Of a stretch of DNA of 64,000 nucleotides, positions 51,721 to 64,000 are shown piece by piece. The stretch is taken from the NCBI RefSeq assembly GCF_009914755.1, contig NC_060927.1; one strand, given 5' to 3'. Each line of letters opens with the position of its first letter. Position 1 is the stretch's first letter. Below the pieces are notes generated by a model. It did not search any database and was not told the origin of the DNA. It saw only the letters and a program-made list of their open reading frames with translations. Source of the stretch: the human T2T-CHM13v2.0 reference genome, Homo sapiens. Both the position numbers and the translations under genes were made by a program.

Positions 51721-54100
51721 TGGGCTTACTAATGCCAATCACATGTTATGGGGTGAATACCCAAAATAATATACAAAATAATTGTGATAAATACCAGGAT
51801 AGGTTGCCCCTTAGTAATAAGTAAACATATATGATACAGGAAGAGTTCAGGTTATTCAACGGTAATGCCATTGAGATGTAAAAGATTGATTTCATGTCCC
51901 ACATAATAATCCTGGATGCCTTGGCTATTTTATATTTGTTCTCTCATTTGAAAAGGCTACATATTTAATCCAGAAAGGAATTTGATCAAGTTGCTTTGGT
52001 AGTGATCTGAGGTTTTAGCAGTCTCACCAAATGATACACAGGCTCTGTTATAGCTAATGCATCAGTGGAAATACCCCATATGTAGCTGGGACTAAAGCAG
52101 TGTAAACATGTTTGTGTAATGTTTCTAGACCCTCACACAGCAGTACAACTCGATTGCAAACATCATCCAGAAATCTGCAGCTCCTTTTAGTCGCTCTACA
52201 AAGAGCTGCTGTGTCTTCGGTTTTAGTGAACAAACAATTTGCTATGTGAACAGCTGAAGCAAGCTGTGTCAACAAGACAGAATTTGAATTATGACATGCT
52301 GCTGTGTCTATGAAAGCAGAAGAAGGGAGTACATGATTACGGCCTAGAGCATGTGGTTAGGAAGGGAGTAATGGTAGCTCTCCAGCATCAGTTGCTGATG
52401 GAAAACATCTGCTTCTTCCCTGTCCCCTTGAAAGATTCTCTTGGAAAATAGGCCCCTGATGCTATCACTCAGAACCAGGTCAGTTCCCTCATTAGACTTC
52501 TGGGGCAATATTTGAATCTGTTGAGAAATCATTAAAAAATAATATGAATAACGTGTGATGGAATAAAAGGGAACGTGATAAGAAAATGTGAAAGCTTACT
52601 GCATTCTCAGCCTTAAAATATCATCTGTGCTTTAGCTCCTAATTTTCACACTTCACAGCTGCTAATGGATCTCAGCGGAACTAAAATAAGACTGTTGAAA
52701 GCAAGATAGGTCTTTTTGTCATCTCTGTCATGTTTCTTTTCTTGTTCTCACATAGAAAGTTCTTATTTGACTCCAAGTCCCTTGATATCAGCTTGGTTGC
52801 TTTTCTTTTCATTTTCTAACGTGAGGCTCTGTCTTCTTTTTGGAGGAAAAACAGTGTCTTCTGCAGCCACCAAAATGATGGAGATAGTAAAGGATGATGG
52901 TTATCGATTGCTTTCCATGTCTGGATTGATTGCTGCGAAAGTCATTGGAAACAAAGCAAAGTAGGGAATTTGGTGAGGTGACCTGATACCAAGAGCTTGA
53001 GGCAAATGTTTCAGGTGTTGGAAGACTCCATAGTCCCTCAGATTTGATATGTTTCCAGACAAAACAAACAGCATTCACACAGGCCTCTCAAGATGCTTAA
53101 CTAGTGCAAGGAACAGAAAATTCTAGCTGATTCACTAATAACACAAGAGATATGAAATTAAAAGGAAAGTGAAGCAGAGTTCATTCTCTTTAAAGGCACT
53201 GATGGCTTTGCATAGCATCAACCTTTCTGAAAGAAAGACAGACTCCTGGGGTTTCTCAGACAAATATAGTCTCCAAAAAAGTTTTAAATTCCTTTGTTCA
53301 TCCTTTGCATTTCCTGTTAGGAGTCTAGAGTTAAATGTCATTTAGATATAGTGACATAATCTCCTTTGAAGATTTTAGACCTTATAACTCCATGGCCACA
53401 CTATCCTATTGTACAGTTTATCTTTCATATTTTTTTCTGAGGATGTTTCTAACTGCTAGAGTTGAATACTATTTCCCTGACCAGTTTCGTTGTTGTTGTT
53501 TTTGCCTGTATTGCTTTTCTTGTTGTTCTGTTAAGTTTCTCATTTGTTTCTTTATGTTAAGGATGAGGAAATAGTTTATTTGCACAAATACAATAAGAAG
53601 TTTTTAATGATTTTCTTTAGCCTATTTCTATTTCCTATTTTTTCACATTTTCTACTAGGTAAACATTATAATGTCTCCTTTCAAAAGACCTTGTTAGTAA
53701 AAGGCCAACAACATTCATCTCATCCAAACAATGCTAGCAGGCATTCAAAATATTCTAGTTTTATTATTTCACTGTTTGTCATTATGACAGAAAATTTTTC
53801 TAGCAGGCCTTGACAGTGACTTATTATCAATAATTTGAACTTATGGCTTCTGCACCAAATAATACAAACTGTAACTTTGATTATGTGGAGCTTCTCATGT
53901 TGCAATGGCACTTTTGAGTAGAACAGGCCAGCAAAGATACTCACTGCCAACAAAAAATATCAGAAGAAAGAAGATTATTTTCAGAATGTAGACGCAAAGT
54001 TAGGCAGAAGGTTTATATATAAATACTTCACATCATACTCAACCAACTCAAAGTCTCTTCATTTAAAACAATCACTTCACAAGTATTTGGAATCTTTTAG

Positions 54101-54300
54101 GTATAATGGAAGGATTATGGGCTTTGTAAGTGAACATAGTTGATTTTGATTAGCTGTATGACTTTTGAGATTTACTTTCTCTGAACCTCAGCTCTCTTTT
54201 ATTAAATGGATTTAATAACAACAACTGCAGAGTGTGGTGGTGAGGATTAAATGAATTTAGCATAGCATCTGGCAACCGGCAAACACATTGAATATCTATT
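54101..54300 (+). mobile_element. MIR
   Basis: 'tagctgtatgacttttgagatttactttctctgaacctcag...gtgaggattaaatga'. Confidence 0.7.
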
Positions 54301-55549
54301 TCAGGCACTGTAAATGTGCAATTAAAATATAAGTCTACTTCCCTTCTGTCAATAAATATTTTCATTTAATAAAGCATCTGACAGCAGGAATTTTATAATT
54401 TAGTTGAAAAAAGTGAATAAAACAACATTTGTGTCCAAATACCCAGTGACGGCACAGAGTAAAATTTACCAGAGAAAGAAAAGATGAGAATAATTGGAGA
54501 ATCTTTATTTGGTGAATTGGGTCTTGAGTTTGGCCATGAATAATACATAGGATTAATAATGATGAAGACAAGAGGGAAGAAACGTCAAAGTGAAGTAAAC
54601 CTCATTCAAGAAGGTGTGCTGACAGAAATTGTCACACTGCCTTGGGGCAGTGAAATCTATGTGATGAAAGGACCACATGTGCTGGAGTAAAAATAAGATT
54701 GATATATAAATTTAGTCCAATTTATGGAGAATTTTGAAAACTATGAAGAATAATTTAGAATTGATGTGGTATATGGTTGGGAGTGAATTTGATTCACTGG
54801 GCAGAAAGTAACCTGGTTGTAGTTTAATTCATATACAGTTGGCAAAGAAGAGTTAGAGAGCAAACAGCAAGTGAGGCAGCATTTGCTTAGAGTAGGCAGC
54901 TCTAAATTTTAGCTTCAGTTGATGGGGAATATTTGGTAGTGAGAGATGGGAAACCACAGTGATAAAATTCCTTGGACTTGTGTAATAGCAATTATAAACA
55001 GAAATAGCTATGGTATTTATGGGTTCTATGAGTCGATGCGGAACAGGCTTTGTTAATATACACTGAGTTTCTAATAAATTCCAGACAAAGAGTTCCAAAT
55101 GAATTAGTACTAATATTTCTCTCAGAATAAAACAAAATGAAACGACATTAAAAATAAGACAATGGAAGATGCATATATAGCAGTACTGGGACCCAGATTT
55201 AGTAAGAAATAACCTTACCATTACCAACGCACAACAAACATATTGGAAATAATCGGATTACTTGGGTGTTATGGCCAAACATATTGCATAATTTTCTCAA
55301 TTTCTATTGTCTCACAGATATATATATATATATACACATGCATATAAATATATACACACACATACATGTATGCCATTTTTGTGGGTATATATAGAAAAAT
55401 ATTATGTTAACCACCAGCAAATAAAATATACTTTATTCTACATCTTGAATTAATTTCTTCCTGAATTCTATGTAAGTTCTCATTACAAAAAGAATTTCAT
55501 TTTTAGTAAAACGTATGTAAACTCGGTGAGCACAACTGCTATGGCTAGC

Positions 55550-57090
55550 CATTAACCCTCTTAAAAAGAGAAGCCAGATGAAAGAGAAGTAAGCAGAGAA
55601 AGTGGAGAAGGCAAATATATTAGTTAAAAGAAAAGTAAGGACAAAATACCACATAAAATGGAATCCAAGTAATGCAGTGGCATAGAAGCCATGTCAAAGA
55701 TAACATTTTGAAGTAGGGAGTAAGAGTATCCCATACCTTGACAATTCAAAATGGAAGCAAATTGAGAAAAAAAGCAGCATTGATTTTGGTGGCAGGTTCC
55801 AGGTGGCCTTCCTGACAGCAGTTACCACAAATGGTGAAACTTAAGTGGTAAAGAAACCAGGAACTGTGAATGTAAACTTGGAGAAATAGAAGTGCTAAGT
55901 GCAGACTTGTCTCATAACTCATTAGAAAGAATAGTTTTTTTGGGGGGGGTACCATGGAATATATTGTTTTCAGGAGAAAGGGGTATTTATTTCTGAAGTA
56001 GGAGATCTGGGTAATCTTATGGGAAGAGGGAAAGGAGCTAATTCAAAAGATACTGAAAATGCATAGGGATGTGGGTCGGAGGAGTTACTGATAAAACCTA
56101 ATCTTTTGTAGATGCCAAGATAAAAAGGAATCAAACATTAAAATATTATGCTAGAATACAAGAGAGCCATTGTTTTTCTCAGAAATGAAAGGGGATTAGA
56201 ACAAAAGTTTGAATAATTTTTTTAAAAAGTCAGAATGGCTACCATGGAGAACAGAGTAAGAATGGAACAAGAGATGAATATAAGGACGATTGAGTTATAG
56301 GTAGGGGTCTCTGAGCTTAGTTATAGTAATTATTATATGTAATCAATTATATGTATGAACTTTATGTATCAACTTTCAACAAGGTGGAACAGAACAGAGG
56401 AAACCACAGGTATACACATGATTAAGCATTCAGGAATGCAGTGTAGGCCAAGGAGATGAGTGATACTAGGGTGCTTTAAAGGGGACCTTGGGATGACAGA
56501 TCACAGTGTTCAGCCAAACCAGAGAGGTGAGTGGACTCATTTTGGTTTAACAAACATTTATGTAAGGTCTCCAGTTTCAAGACCTGGTGCTAGGTCCCAA
56601 CTAAGTGAAGAAAGAAAAAGACCAGGAAAATGAACAGGTGCTGAAGGATCAGAGGTCACAATGAGAGTAAAGAGTCAAAAAAACACAGAGCAGATATGAA
56701 AGTGGAAAGTGAAGCGAATTAGAAACTGTAAGTCACAGAAAAATAATTCAAGTTCCAACTCTAGGCAAGGTCTGAGGGCTTTGTCAATTGGCAACTCTTG
56801 AAGTCATGGCAGTTAAGAAGGTTAAGAAACTCGGGTGCTAGGATGCCATATAGATATTCAAAGTAATCCATTAAACACTAAGTAGAAAGGTGTAAAATAG
56901 TCTGAGAAAGAAAACTTATCGATAAAATCAATAATTTACTTTTGTAAAACAGTCAAGAGTAGTAGGCACAGGAATTGCAGATAAGAAATATGGAGGACAT
57001 CATGGACTTCAGGAAAGGAAGTTTTGAATAACAGCAATGATTTCAAAAAGTATTCGAAACCAGCAAGAAAAAATAAGATCTATACTGACC
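55550..57090 (-). mobile_element. Highly degenerate L2 remnant
   Basis: Purine-rich sequence with L2-like motifs 'gcagtggcatagaagcca' and 'gcagcattgattttgg...ggtggccttc'. Confidence 0.45.
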
Positions 57091-57581
57091 ACTCCCCCTA
57101 GTTTACTCACTCTGAAGGGTCATAGAGTAGATTTGTGTTCAGCTTTGTATGAAATTGCCAGATAGTCTTCAAAAGTAGTTGTACTATTTTATAATATCAC
57201 AAACATTAGTGAGAGTTGTAGTTGCTCATCAGCTTTATCAAAATTTGGAGTTTTTATTATTTTGAATTTTAATCATTCTAGTGGTTATGTAATGATATCC
57301 CATGGTGGCTTTAATTTGCATTTGCCTGATGATTATTGATTTTTAGCACTTTTTCATGTGCTAATTGGCCATTTACGTACCTTTGCTTTACGAAATATTT
57401 GTTTAAATAGTTTGCCTACTTATAATGAGTTGTTTGATGTCTCATTATTAAATTGTAAGATTTCATTATATCTCATTTATTATCGTATCTCTCTTCTTTC
57501 ATTTAGGCATTCTTTAATTTTTGTCAGCAATATTTTGTAGTGTTCAGTGTAAAGCTATTGCACTTGTTTTTTAGGCACCTT

Positions 57582-58102
57582 ATTTTTTATTACAGATTTA
57601 GAGGGTATCTGCGCAGGTTCTGCAGGTTTGTTACATGGGTCTGTTGTGTAATGCTGGGGTTTGGGCTTCTAGGGAACCCATCACTCAAATCGTGAAGAGT
57701 GAACAGAGTACCCAATAGTTTTCCGATCCTCACCCACCTCTCTCCCTCCCTGCTTTTGGAGTCTCCAGTGTTTATTATTTCCATTTTTATGTCCCTGTGT
57801 ACCCACTGTTTGTCTCCCCCTTAAATGAGAACATGCAGTATTTGATATTCTCTTTCTGGGTTATTTCACTTGGGATAATGGCTTCCAGCTCCATCCCTGT
57901 TGCTGCAAAAGACATTATTTTCTTCTTTTTATGGCTAGGTAGTATTCCATGGTGCATATGTACCACATTTTCTTCATCTATTCTACCACTGATGGGCACC
58001 TAGGTTGATTCAATGTCTTTGCTATTGTGAATAGTTCTGTAATAAACATGCAAGTGCAGGTGTCTTTTTGATACAGCTTTTCCTTTGGGTAGATACCCAG
58101 TT
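57582..58102 (-). mobile_element. Primate L1 3' end (L1PB4/L1PA15-17-like) nested in older L1M
   Basis: 'caggtttgttacatggg', 'gagaacatgcagtatttg...ccagctccatccctgttgctgcaaaagac'; ORF 57787-57999 contains the ORF2 end IMSFAATGMELEAII. Confidence 0.85.
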
Positions 58103-59019
58103 GTTAAAATTATCCTTAAAATTTAGGTTTGTTTTGATGCTACCATAAATGCATTTTTAAATCCTTCAGCTTTATTTCTTATTTGCTATTATTTATAAAT
58201 ACAATTAATTTTACACCAACCTTGTATCTTGTGACTTTGCTAAATTCACTTGTTAGTTCTATTACTTGTTTTCCAGATACTTTAATATATTTTACATTAA
58301 AAAACAATGTCATCTGTGAATAAAGAGTGCTTTACTACCCCCTTTTTATGTCTATTTGCCTCGTATTTCTTTGCCTTGCTTTATTGCATCAGGAAGGACA
58401 TGCAACACAGTGTTGAATAAAAGTGATGCAGGCAAATATGCTTTCCTCATTACTAATCTTATGGGAAAAGTGGTTAGTCTCTGACCTTTGAATATCATAT
58501 TAGTCATAGTTATTCTACATATTATCTTCATAAATTGAAGGTCTTCTCTCCTATTCTTATTTACCAAGAGCTATTAGATAAATAATTATTGAATAGTTTC
58601 AGAGACTTTTTTCTCCCATCTATTGACTTGATAATATGATTTTCCTCTTCTTTCATAAATATGGAAAGCTATACTCACTTTTTTTTTAAATGTTAAACCA
58701 ACTTTGCATTCCTTGTATAATTTCCCAGTTGGTCATTATGTGGATCTAACAGGTATTAATGAATTTGATTTGCTAATATTTTGTAGAGAACTTTTGCATG
58801 TATGTTCACAAAGGATATTGGTTTGTAGTTTTCTTTCCTTATCTCATTTTGTTATCAGGGAAAGTATCGTTTTATTAGACAAATTGCAAGGTTTTCCTAT
58901 CTAAATTTCTTTAAAAGTTTGCAAAAGATTTGCATTATATTTCCTTTAAATGTTTGATAGAATTTACCAGTAAACCCATCCTGGATTGCAGATTTCTTTG
59001 TGAGAAAGTATTGAAAATT

Positions 59020-59021
<2 letters not shown>

Positions 59022-59069
<48 letters not shown>
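59022..59069. repeat. (GT)n microsatellite
   Basis: About 24 uninterrupted GT units. Confidence 0.95.
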
Positions 59070-59072
<3 letters not shown>

Positions 59073-60659
59073 AATTTTTTCAGAATTTTGTTTTTGTGTA
59101 TGCATTTAATTTAGTTAACTTTCTTTGCAGTATTTTCTAGTGGTTATTCTAAGGAATTGCAATGGGTATCTTTAACATTTCACCATTTACTCAGTGTTAA
59201 AACTGTACTACTTCATGTAAAATTTAAGAAATCCCTGCCATATAGGCCCTCACACCTTTCATCCTCTCTGCTTCAGTATTCTGCCATGTTACAGTTATAT
59301 AAACCACATAATACATATTTATACTTTTAAATAAAATTACATATATTTTAAAGAAATTAAGAGGGTAAAGCCTTGTATTACATTTACCTTCATATTTACT
59401 ATTTCCAGTGCTTTTTGTTCTCTTCTGGACATCTGGGCTTCATTTTGTTATCATTTCCCTGTCTTTTAAGGATTTTTTTACAGCCTTCCTTATAGTGCTT
59501 TTCTTCTGATGATGAATTAGATTATGTTTATCTGTAAAAGTCTGTATCTCCTTTTTTTTCTTGAAAGTTATTTGCAACAGGTATAGACTTCTGGGTTGAC
59601 AGATTTTCCTCTCAGCACCTGAAGTGTCTTTCCACAGTCTTATGCACTCCATTACTTCTTATGAGAAGTCTGCAGTAATTTATATTTTGGAGCTCTTCTT
59701 TTTAATGTGTCATTTTTTTCCTCTGGCCAATTTCAAATCATTTTCTTTAGGTTTTTGTTCAGCAATTTTACTTTCACTAACTTTGGAGAAACTTTTGCAT
59801 TATTTCTAAATTTCCCCTGTTTATTTATCTTCTCTCCTTTTGAAACTCCAATTAAATATCTGGTAGACCTACTCTATTCCTCCAAGAATAGATCCCCATT
59901 TAATTTCTGCCTTTGCTTGATTTCCAGTGCTTTCAAGTAGTGTTTTTATTTTTTTCCCAGGGCTTATAAGCTTTATTATATTTTAAAGTTTAAGTTAGTG
60001 GTAGCATGCATGCATTCTCTGTGGAATATTTTTCTTTTTAAATACTTAGTATATGCTATGAAGTCAAATCCCTACCCTCTAAAAAGATTAGGTGAGTTTA
60101 TTTAATAATTTTACTAATTACTTTAGCACTATGGTTTCAGAAATTTCAGGGAGACTTCTCTAAGATTACATATATGCAAGATAAGAATAATAATATTACC
60201 CATCTCAAAGTATTGTTATTAGAATAAAAGAGGTTATACGTAAAACTTATATAACTGTGTCTTGCACGTGTAAGTTACTATAAACCATACATTAGGATTA
60301 TACAATATTTACATCATCGTTAATATTCTCAAAAGGCAATGCTAATCTACTACTTAACAAAACATACTTTTTTACAATTATAGTTATACTTTAAAAAGGC
60401 CTTTTCCCTAGCAATACTTGAAACTTTTATTGTTTTTATCTCAGTGTGAATGAATTAATCACATTCCTTTCTAGAAGCAAGTTCTGCAGGGGTAGACCAC
60501 ACCAAGAGGACTAGGTAAGTTCTCAGTGTGTGTCAGAGAGACAGGGGTAAAAGCCAGGGAGCAACAGCTGGTTTATTTTTCTTTACTACACAGTTTCGTG
60601 TTGCCATATGACTCTGTAAGACACTATTCTTCATATAACAACCTTTCTCCCCTATTCAG

Positions 60660-60661
<2 letters not shown>

Positions 60662-60692
<31 letters not shown>
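60662..60692. repeat. (AC)n microsatellite
   Basis: About 15 AC units. Confidence 0.95.
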
Positions 60693-60695
<3 letters not shown>

Positions 60696-62153
60696 AACAA
60701 CTGCTATTCAGAACACAGGAAGTGGCTAGAGTTTTATGTACTAGTGGGAAACTTTTATCAGAATGATGAGTTGGAGGAAGGTCATCAAATTTCATGACAA
60801 ATTGCAAGCCAAGGACAAAGGAAAAAGAATGTGCTTTATACTAAATTTTATCTTATTCAAGTAATCTGGCAGAAAAAGCCACAGTAGACAGAGCCATTAA
60901 TTTCTTGGTTTAATACTTTGAGGTGAATTGCTTCAAGGAATGTTCTGCTTAGAATCAAAGCTATTGTAGACCTTTTTAGGCAGCATAATTAAAGGCAGAG
61001 TGATTACCTCAGTGGTAATGACTGAATTTTGGATGTAACAGTGAACAAGTGATGTTGGGAATTGCTATCATCATATTTAAAAAGATAACTCTTTAGGCTA
61101 ATGAGTTTATTAATGGTAAAAGGAACCAATGATCTGAAACTGGGTGGGGAGATTTAAAGGAATTAGTATTAAATGATCTAGCAGAGAAATAAAATTAATT
61201 TCAGACCCAAACAGCCTTGGGTTGTAGTAACCATGTTGTGAGACATTATAGACTAGAATAAATGTGACAGTTCTGCTCATTAAATAAGCAAACAGTAAAC
61301 AAAAGTAGAAATTTCTTAGAATTATTCTTAATATTAGAGTCAAACGCATTTATTTACATAGATGGTCATAAAATATACAAAAGCTTCTCAACAACTGGAT
61401 GTCTTTTGCATGTTTTTACAATACACAGGACATGTATTACATTATAATGTGTGTGTGATTTGTAATTCCAGTAAAAGTTATGATTTTATTTTAGAAACTC
61501 TTCTTCAAAATGCATAGATAAATTTTGGGAGGTGTTACTAAATGGAAAATGTAGACAAAATTTCTTTTACTAATTGTATGAAGGCATAAATACTAAGTGA
61601 AGAGCATGAAAATATTAGTCAGCACGTGTAGGATTCCAGTAAATAGGTGAAAATATGATTGAACAATGTATTTGCAGTTACAGCTTCTAGCCATTAGCTT
61701 CATAAATTCATGCTGAAATTGCTCTCACCTTTATTTAGGATATTTCATATAATGCTGGAAATTGACCAAGAATACAGTTTTAAAAAGTAATAAATGTCTG
61801 CTTAAAATAATCCCTCTGTCAACAAGTGATAAAAGGGGCTTGTTCATAAAAATAATAATATTAAAATATAGTAAATATTAAATGGTGATGAGTTAAACTA
61901 CTACTGATAAGAAAATACCATTCAAAATATGAATGTTTCTGTGGTTCAGAACAGATGTTCTACAAAGCTAAAATTCACTAAATAGTAAATGTTTTTTAAG
62001 TTGATATAACCAAGTAATAATAATGGACATCTCTCTGATTTTGAACTTTGACAACATGCAGTCCTCAACAGCCTAGGCTCACAGAAAAAGAAAATTAAAT
62101 AAAAATCAACTGATAAAATCATTTTAAGTTAAAATGTAATTTACACATGCCAA

Positions 62154-62574
62154 TGCAATAGGCTAAAAGTTTATGTCCCCCCAAAATTCATATGTTAAAA
62201 TCCTAACCCCTGATGTGACGGTATTAGGAGGTGGAGCCTTTGAGGGGTGATTAAGTCATGAGAGTGGTGCCCTCATGACTAGATTAGTGTCCTTGTAAAA
62301 TCAGCCTCAAATAGCTTCTCCTTTTCCCACCAGGAATACTAAAGGGATTAGCATTAAATAATCTAGCAGATAAATAAAATTTATTTTACTAACTGAGGAC
62401 ACACTGAGAAGGCTGCATTTTTAAACAAAAAAGTGAGGCCTCACCAGACACCAGATCTGCTACCACCTTGATCTTGGGCTTCTCAGCCTCAAGAACTATG
62501 AGAAATAGACGTCTACTGTTTATAAACTACCCAGTTTATGGCCTTTTGTTACAGCGCTCCAAATGAACTAAGCC
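62154..62574 (+). mobile_element. MLT1A0-like LTR carrying a foreign insertion of about 60 bp (62333-62393)
   Basis: 'gtccccccaaaattcatatgttaaaatcctaacccc...ggtattaggaggtggagcctttg...tgaggacacactgagaagg...ccagacaccagatctgc'. Confidence 0.9.
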
Positions 62575-62760
62575 GAGGAAAGCACGCTGAATAATTCAGA
62601 GAATGAGGCAACTACAAGCATCTTTTTGTTGTTATGAACCTTATCAATTAAGACTAAGTTAAAAATTGTGACTTTTCTCCTACATAATAGTCTCCATATT
62701 TGTTCCTTCCCCTTAAATACTAACCATCCCAAAATCCTAAACATATTTTCCTTAGGAGTC

Positions 62761-63131
62761 TGATATGGTTTGGCTGTGTCCACACCCAAATCTCATCTTG
62801 CATCATAGCTCCCACAGTTTTCACATGTCATGGGAGGGACCCAGTGGGAGGTCATTGAATCATGGGGGCAGGTTTTTCCTCTACTGTTCTCGTGATAATA
62901 AATAAGTCTCATGAGGTCTAATGGTTTTATAAAGGGGAGTTTTCCCACACAAGCTCTTCTTCTCTTACCTGTCATCATCCATGTACGACGTGACTTTCCT
63001 CCTCCTTGCCTTCCACTATGATTGTGACTCCTCTCCAGCCACGTGGAACTGAGTCCATTAAAACTCTTTCCTTTATAAATTACCCGATCTCAGATATGTC
63101 TTTATTAGCACCGTGAGAACAGACTAACACA
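62761..63131 (+). mobile_element. THE1C-like solo LTR
   Basis: tgatatggtttggctgtgtcc...agactaacaca with perfect TSD gagtc (62756-62760 and 63132-63136). Confidence 0.95.
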
Positions 63132-64000
63132 GAGTCCAGAGTGTTGATGCCAACACACATACTGAAGGCATTAATATAAGGGGTGGGCAGACTCCTGTCT
63201 TCAAATACCAGGACAAGGAAAACCTTTAACACCTTCAGAAAAATCAGTGAATGTCACTAAAAAGCAAAAGCTGCTTAATGACCAGAAGGAAGAAGCAGGC
63301 ATCATTTCAGAACAAGAGCCCTTATTTTAAGCAATAGAGATGCTTGTTTCTTTAAATAAACTTTTCAAAAATAATGATCAAACGTACACTAATAACAACC
63401 ACATGATAAAGAATTTTTTCCAGGTAGAATTCAGATCTTCTTCTATTAGTAATTTAAGAGTATGTTGGTAGAATTTAGCAAACTTTAAGTTCACAATCTT
63501 AAAAAGATGCATGAATTATATTTATCTCTCTGTCTTTTCGTAGAAAACAGCATATTTCACTTATAATTTATCAATTTGTTCTTTTTCTCTTAGGCTATAT
63601 GAATGAGATACTGAAAAATCCCACAAACATGAGAATATTGATGTTAGATAATTCAGGATCAAATTATCTGATGGTTTTCAGGCTTTTTGCCTCATTAGGA
63701 GGGTTTGATAGTGACACGTTCTCAATAAAGAACTTTAATTTTGCTGGCATAGACATAGCTTTTGTCATTATATCTTAGGATCTTTTACAACTCTTAAGAA
63801 GTTGTATCAAAAATTATTATTATTATTTGTATCATAATAGAGAACAGAAACATTATTACAGAAATACAAAACCAGGTGGCAGATATTTAACAATCATTTA
63901 TAGAATTAGAGATTTTATCCTGTCTGACCCTAAGTTCATATCTTCTGCTCTCTACATCTAGCTCAGGGTGCCAACACCAAACCAAACACAGGAATGAACA

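Larger units (their letters stand above)
57115..59960 (-). mobile_element. Old L1M (L1MC/ME-like) fragments
   Basis: 'ttaatttgcatttgcctgatg', 'aaattcacttgttagttc', 'gtgttgaataaaagtgatg', 'ggatattggtttgtagttttc', 'tgagaagtctgcagtaatt'. Confidence 0.75.

Overview
AT-rich, gene-poor primate DNA. AluJ, AluS and AluY, THE1 and MADE1 are all present, which points to a catarrhine and most likely human; the window looks intergenic or deep intronic. I find no credible host protein-coding exon, RNA gene or CpG island. Nearly all ORFs in the track are chance ORFs or decayed transposon/retrovirus frames. The window is a layered record of mobile elements: L2/MIR, MLT1/MLT2/MST/THE1 LTR elements (one full-length THE1), old L1M fragments, Tigger1, Tigger3b, MER44A, MER58, HSMAR2, MADE1 and several Alus. 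It also holds an orphan ERVL gag fragment and a 3'-truncated HUERS-P-type (tRNA-Pro PBS) class I provirus (LTR-gag-pro-RT), whose NC zinc knuckle is split by an antisense solo LTR of the same family. The most notable sequence-level observations are: a MADE1 hairpin whose two arms share the same non-consensus change; a 24-copy 21-bp VNTR that is open on both strands; two footprints of templated DNA repair (at a THE1 LTR/internal junction, and a 48-bp local copy inside an MLT1A LTR); a large deletion junction; and multi-level nested insertions. I do not see evidence for a novel multi-gene system. Repeat family and subfamily names come from recalled consensus sequences and need Dfam/RepeatMasker confirmation; boundaries of the old elements are approximate.
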